The position numbers were made by a program, and so were the translations under genes. The notes under the pieces are model-generated. The model was not told the origin of the DNA. It made no database searches and worked only from the letters and a program-made list of their open reading frames with translations. A stretch of DNA of 51,998 nt from Jimgerdemannia flammicorona (Eukaryota), in NCBI GenBank assembly GCA_003990765.1, contig RBNJ01000022.1:1-51998 (forward strand), read 5' to 3'. Shown in pieces: positions 51,095 to 51,998 of this stretch; positions within the stretch are counted from its first letter, which is position 1, and each line of letters starts with the position of its first letter.

Positions 51095-51998
51095 TGTGAC
51101 GTCTACAATTGACCCTATCCAAATTCGGAGTACCCTGTGACCACAAGATCAGATGACATTATGGTGCGATAACTGGTGACCAGCCCAATCCGTCAAGTGA
51201 TTTCACCAAAAGAAGACAAGATGACCTGAGCCAAAATGAAGACCATGTTATTTAAGGAACCCTACTCTGCCTCAAGGATCGGCACCAAAGAACTAAGTAC
51301 CCACCACATAATGCCTCCTATTCGCCGAACCAACCAGACCTCCTGCCGCTCTGTCCCTTTGCCTGGCCCAAAGACCCTGATCTTTGAAGCTATCAAGAAG
51401 GCCATCTGGCGCCCAGATACTTCCGAACACTTGAACTTCTACACTGAGGACCTTGGACACTTCATCAACTACCGGTATATAATGACCCAACAGCTCAAAG
51501 ACACTACCAAACGAATGACCCTCTGGCATGACTACGAAATTGGACACCGCCTTCGCAATGAGACTCAAGAAGGCGACCAGGAAGACCTCATTGCCGAAAT
51601 GTTAACCACCAGCCAGCTAATCAAGAGAGCCCTCCATGTCCATCAAATCTTCCGCCATATTCCCTGGGCTATAGCATACTTGCAAGGAGTAACAGCTGGT
51701 AGCCTCTCCTGCCTATCAACCGAAGATGCTGACTGGATAGAATCCGAAGTAGCCAATGCTATTGGCAGCAACCGTATTGCCGTAGGAAGCCAACAAACCG
51801 AACCTACTCAACCAGGTTTCCACACCACCCCACTCCGAGACAACCATCAAGGTCACCTAATGAGTCTTATGGAGATATTTGAAGGACCGCCCATCACTAT
51901 AGAGACACCCGTTGGAGCTACCCCAACCACCCACCACCCTGTCAGCTATAATTCACACCTCATCATTTGGGAACCAAATCAAGAAGAAGCCCAAGAAG
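51095..51998 (+). mobile_element. Start of a younger LTR-like element (truncated by the window end)
   Basis: Abrupt switch from AT-rich to C/A-rich, CpG-containing sequence at TGTGAC, the same first six bases as the 4497 LTR. The second end is not visible. Confidence 0.55.
51311..51998 (+). CDS. Uninterrupted ORF (>229 aa, runs off the window), resembling Ty3 ORF3
   Basis: ATG at 51311: MPPIRRTNQ...LWHDYEIGHRL...IKRALHVHQIFRHIPWAIAYLQGVTAGSLSCLS... with no stop before the window end, so it is absent from the ORF track. Confidence 0.6.
   Translation, partial: MPPIRRTNQTSCRSVPLPGPKTLIFEAIKKAIWRPDTSEHLNFYTEDLGHFINYRYIMTQQLKDTTKRMTLWHDYEIGHRLRNETQEGDQEDLIAEMLTTSQLIKRALHVHQIFRHIPWAIAYLQGVTAGSLSCLSTEDADWIESEVANAIGSNRIAVGSQQTEPTQPGFHTTPLRDNHQGHLMSLMEIFEGPPITIETPVGATPTTHHPVSYNSHLIIWEPNQEEAQE

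Overview
Eukaryotic, intron-containing, TE-rich DNA; the gene and TE style suggests an early-diverging fungus (Mucoromycota/Endogonales-like, inference only). About 1-27.5 kb is a nested transposon cluster. It holds two degenerate, oppositely oriented Plavaka-type transposase copies. The minus-strand copy is interrupted by a probable 3' LINE fragment and by a full-length 16.2-kb Ty3/Gypsy element (1.35-kb LTRs, tRNA-Pro PBS, ATAT target duplication, gag-PR-dUTPase-RT-RH, an apparently separate IN ORF and an extra ORF3). That element is itself interrupted by a full-length L1/Tx1-like LINE with a 14-bp TSD. The best candidate for a novel system is an intact 16-exon host gene at 28318-33829 (minus strand, ~1380 aa by manual splicing). 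It combines an RRM-like N-terminus, about 19 PBZ-like CCHH zinc fingers (partly from recent exon duplication) and a central domain with the motif order of DarT-type ADP-ribosyltransferases. The region 34-44 kb has two inverted, degenerate type III hammerhead ribozyme motifs and pseudogene fragments (one F-box-like). The region 44.6-51 kb has two heavily transition-mutated chromodomain Ty3/Gypsy relics, and a younger LTR-like element with an ORF3-like reading frame runs off the window end. All calls come from manual motif reading; no database searches were run.
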